Source of the DNA: a virus
Lineage: Duplodnaviria > Caudoviricetes
Virus record (IMG/VR): IMGVR_UViG_3300027780_000034
Coordinates: 1-34,388 of that record
Reading direction: 5' to 3' (one strand)
Length of the DNA: 34,388 nt
The notes under the pieces are model-generated. The model was given only the letters and a program-made list of their open reading frames with translations. It searched no databases and was not told the DNA's origin. Positions 33,565-34,388 of this stretch are shown in pieces; within the stretch, counting starts at the first letter, position 1, and each line of letters begins with the position of its first letter. A program made the position numbers and the translations under genes.

Positions 33565-34041
33565 TTATTTCTTTCTGTAAGTTATTATAAATTCGTAAAA
33601 AGGTTCGTTATTGAAGGAGAGTGTTCTAGTGAACTTTGCGCCACAGAACTTAAGCCACTTAATGGCAGTTCTGTTTTCTTTATGAACAAAGTTAAAGGTT
33701 GCTCCGTAGGGTTTAGTTAAAGACTGAGTTACTTTGCGAGATGCCTTGAGGAAGTCGTAGGATGCGTCATGGACAGCATCAGTTCCTAGCATCCAAATAT
33801 AAGCCATATCAATGACTTGTCCAACACCAAGCATGGCAATAGGGACATCACCACCATCAACAATAGTAAGGGTAGCATCATCAGTTTCAAAAGCTCTATG
33901 CAAGGATTCCTCTGGAGTGCTGCCCATACAGGCAACTTCAAGTCTATCCTCCTTGCGTATAAAGGGAACTATGTAGTCAATATGGCTTTTCTTTGCCTTT
34001 ATTAACTTATGTGTCCCTTGCTGAAATACTAGGTTAGCCAT
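33565..34041 (-). CDS. Internal virion protein A (T7 gp13-like, GNAT-like)
   Basis: IRKEDRLEV, IWMLGTD, FNFVHKENRTAIKWLKFCGAKF; start trimmed to MANLVFQ. Confidence 0.85.
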   Translation of the reverse strand: MANLVFQQGTHKLIKAKKSHIDYIVPFIRKEDRLEVACMGSTPEESLHRAFETDDATLTIVDGGDVPIAMLGVGQVIDMAYIWMLGTDAVHDASYDFLKASRKVTQSLTKPYGATFNFVHKENRTAIKWLKFCGAKFTRTLSFNNEPFYEFIITYRKK

Positions 34042-34388
34042 AGCGGTTAGAACGCGAGTGAACAAAGGATTCAAACTCAGCACTCTGGAAGTTGCTTGGA
34101 AGTGCGCTGTCGTTCTCAATAGTAATAGTTGTATCCTGTGCTTTTGTAAGAACAGGGAAACGATAGAACCCGCTGTCTAAGTTAAGAGTTCCTATTGTAG
34201 TGGAACCTATCACATCAGGGGTAAAGATATTCTCATAGGTATCACGGAACTTAGGAGTCACTTTGACCTTAAAGAAAGCCGTCTTGTCAAAGTATATAGA
34301 GCCGTTGCGTATCAACAACTTAGCGGCATTAGAAGGACTTGTGCCGTTGCCAGCCTTAGCTTTGAAGAGTTGCTCAGAGAAGGTGTAC
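34034..34388 (-). CDS. Tail tubular protein B (T7 gp12-like), C-terminal fragment
   Basis: YTFSEQLFK...SGFYRFPV...ITIENDSALPSNFQSAEFESFVHSRSNR; frame open to the window edge. Confidence 0.88.
   Translation of the reverse strand, partial: YTFSEQLFKAKAGNGTSPSNAAKLLIRNGSIYFDKTAFFKVKVTPKFRDTYENIFTPDVIGSTTIGTLNLDSGFYRFPVLTKAQDTTITIENDSALPSNFQSAEFESFVHSRSNRYG

Larger units (their letters stand above)
1..34388 (-). mobile_element. T7-like (Autographiviridae-type) podophage genome, near complete, circularly permuted, unintegrated; probably temperate
   Basis: Single-subunit RNAP, T7-type replication, morphogenesis and packaging genes, all co-oriented in T7-like order; integrase with an adjacent intact attP; no host genes. 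Confidence 0.97.

Noticed and set aside
362-34005. All plus-strand ORFs and the nested minus-strand ORFs in the supplied track
   Set aside because: They lie antisense to, or inside, well-supported genes and show no motifs; all credible genes are co-oriented on the minus strand

Overview
The window is most of a T7-like (Autographiviridae-type) podophage genome, circularly permuted: it opens inside the tail tubular protein A gene and ends inside tail tubular protein B. All credible genes are on the minus strand. In transcription order it holds an early region of 14 tiny ORFs that each have an AC-rich leader, then a MarR-like regulator and a tyrosine integrase. An intact attP follows, whose core is the 5' half of a tRNA-Arg(ACG). 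Next come the single-subunit RNA polymerase, SSB, endonuclease I, primase-helicase, DNA polymerase, exonuclease, a DUF5664-like nucleotide hydrolase, portal, scaffold, an inserted lysis-like cassette and the major capsid protein. On the other side of the permutation are tail and ejection proteins, tail fibre, holin and terminases. No host DNA is visible, so this is the unintegrated form of a probably temperate phage. The most interesting signal is an RNA-level layer in the early region. It consists of a complete type II hammerhead ribozyme (21256-21308, minus strand), a second structured intergenic RNA, and the repeated AC-rich leaders. In addition, a GU-rich, terminator-ended segment at the 3' end of the late transcript is complementary to those leaders (candidate antisense sRNA). 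A candidate lysis-lysogeny switch is also visible: palindromic operators, integrase arm-type repeats including a remote copy near the genome end, and an attP geometry that would point the host tRNA promoter at the RNA polymerase gene. All product calls come from motif recognition and gene order by eye; no database searches were run.
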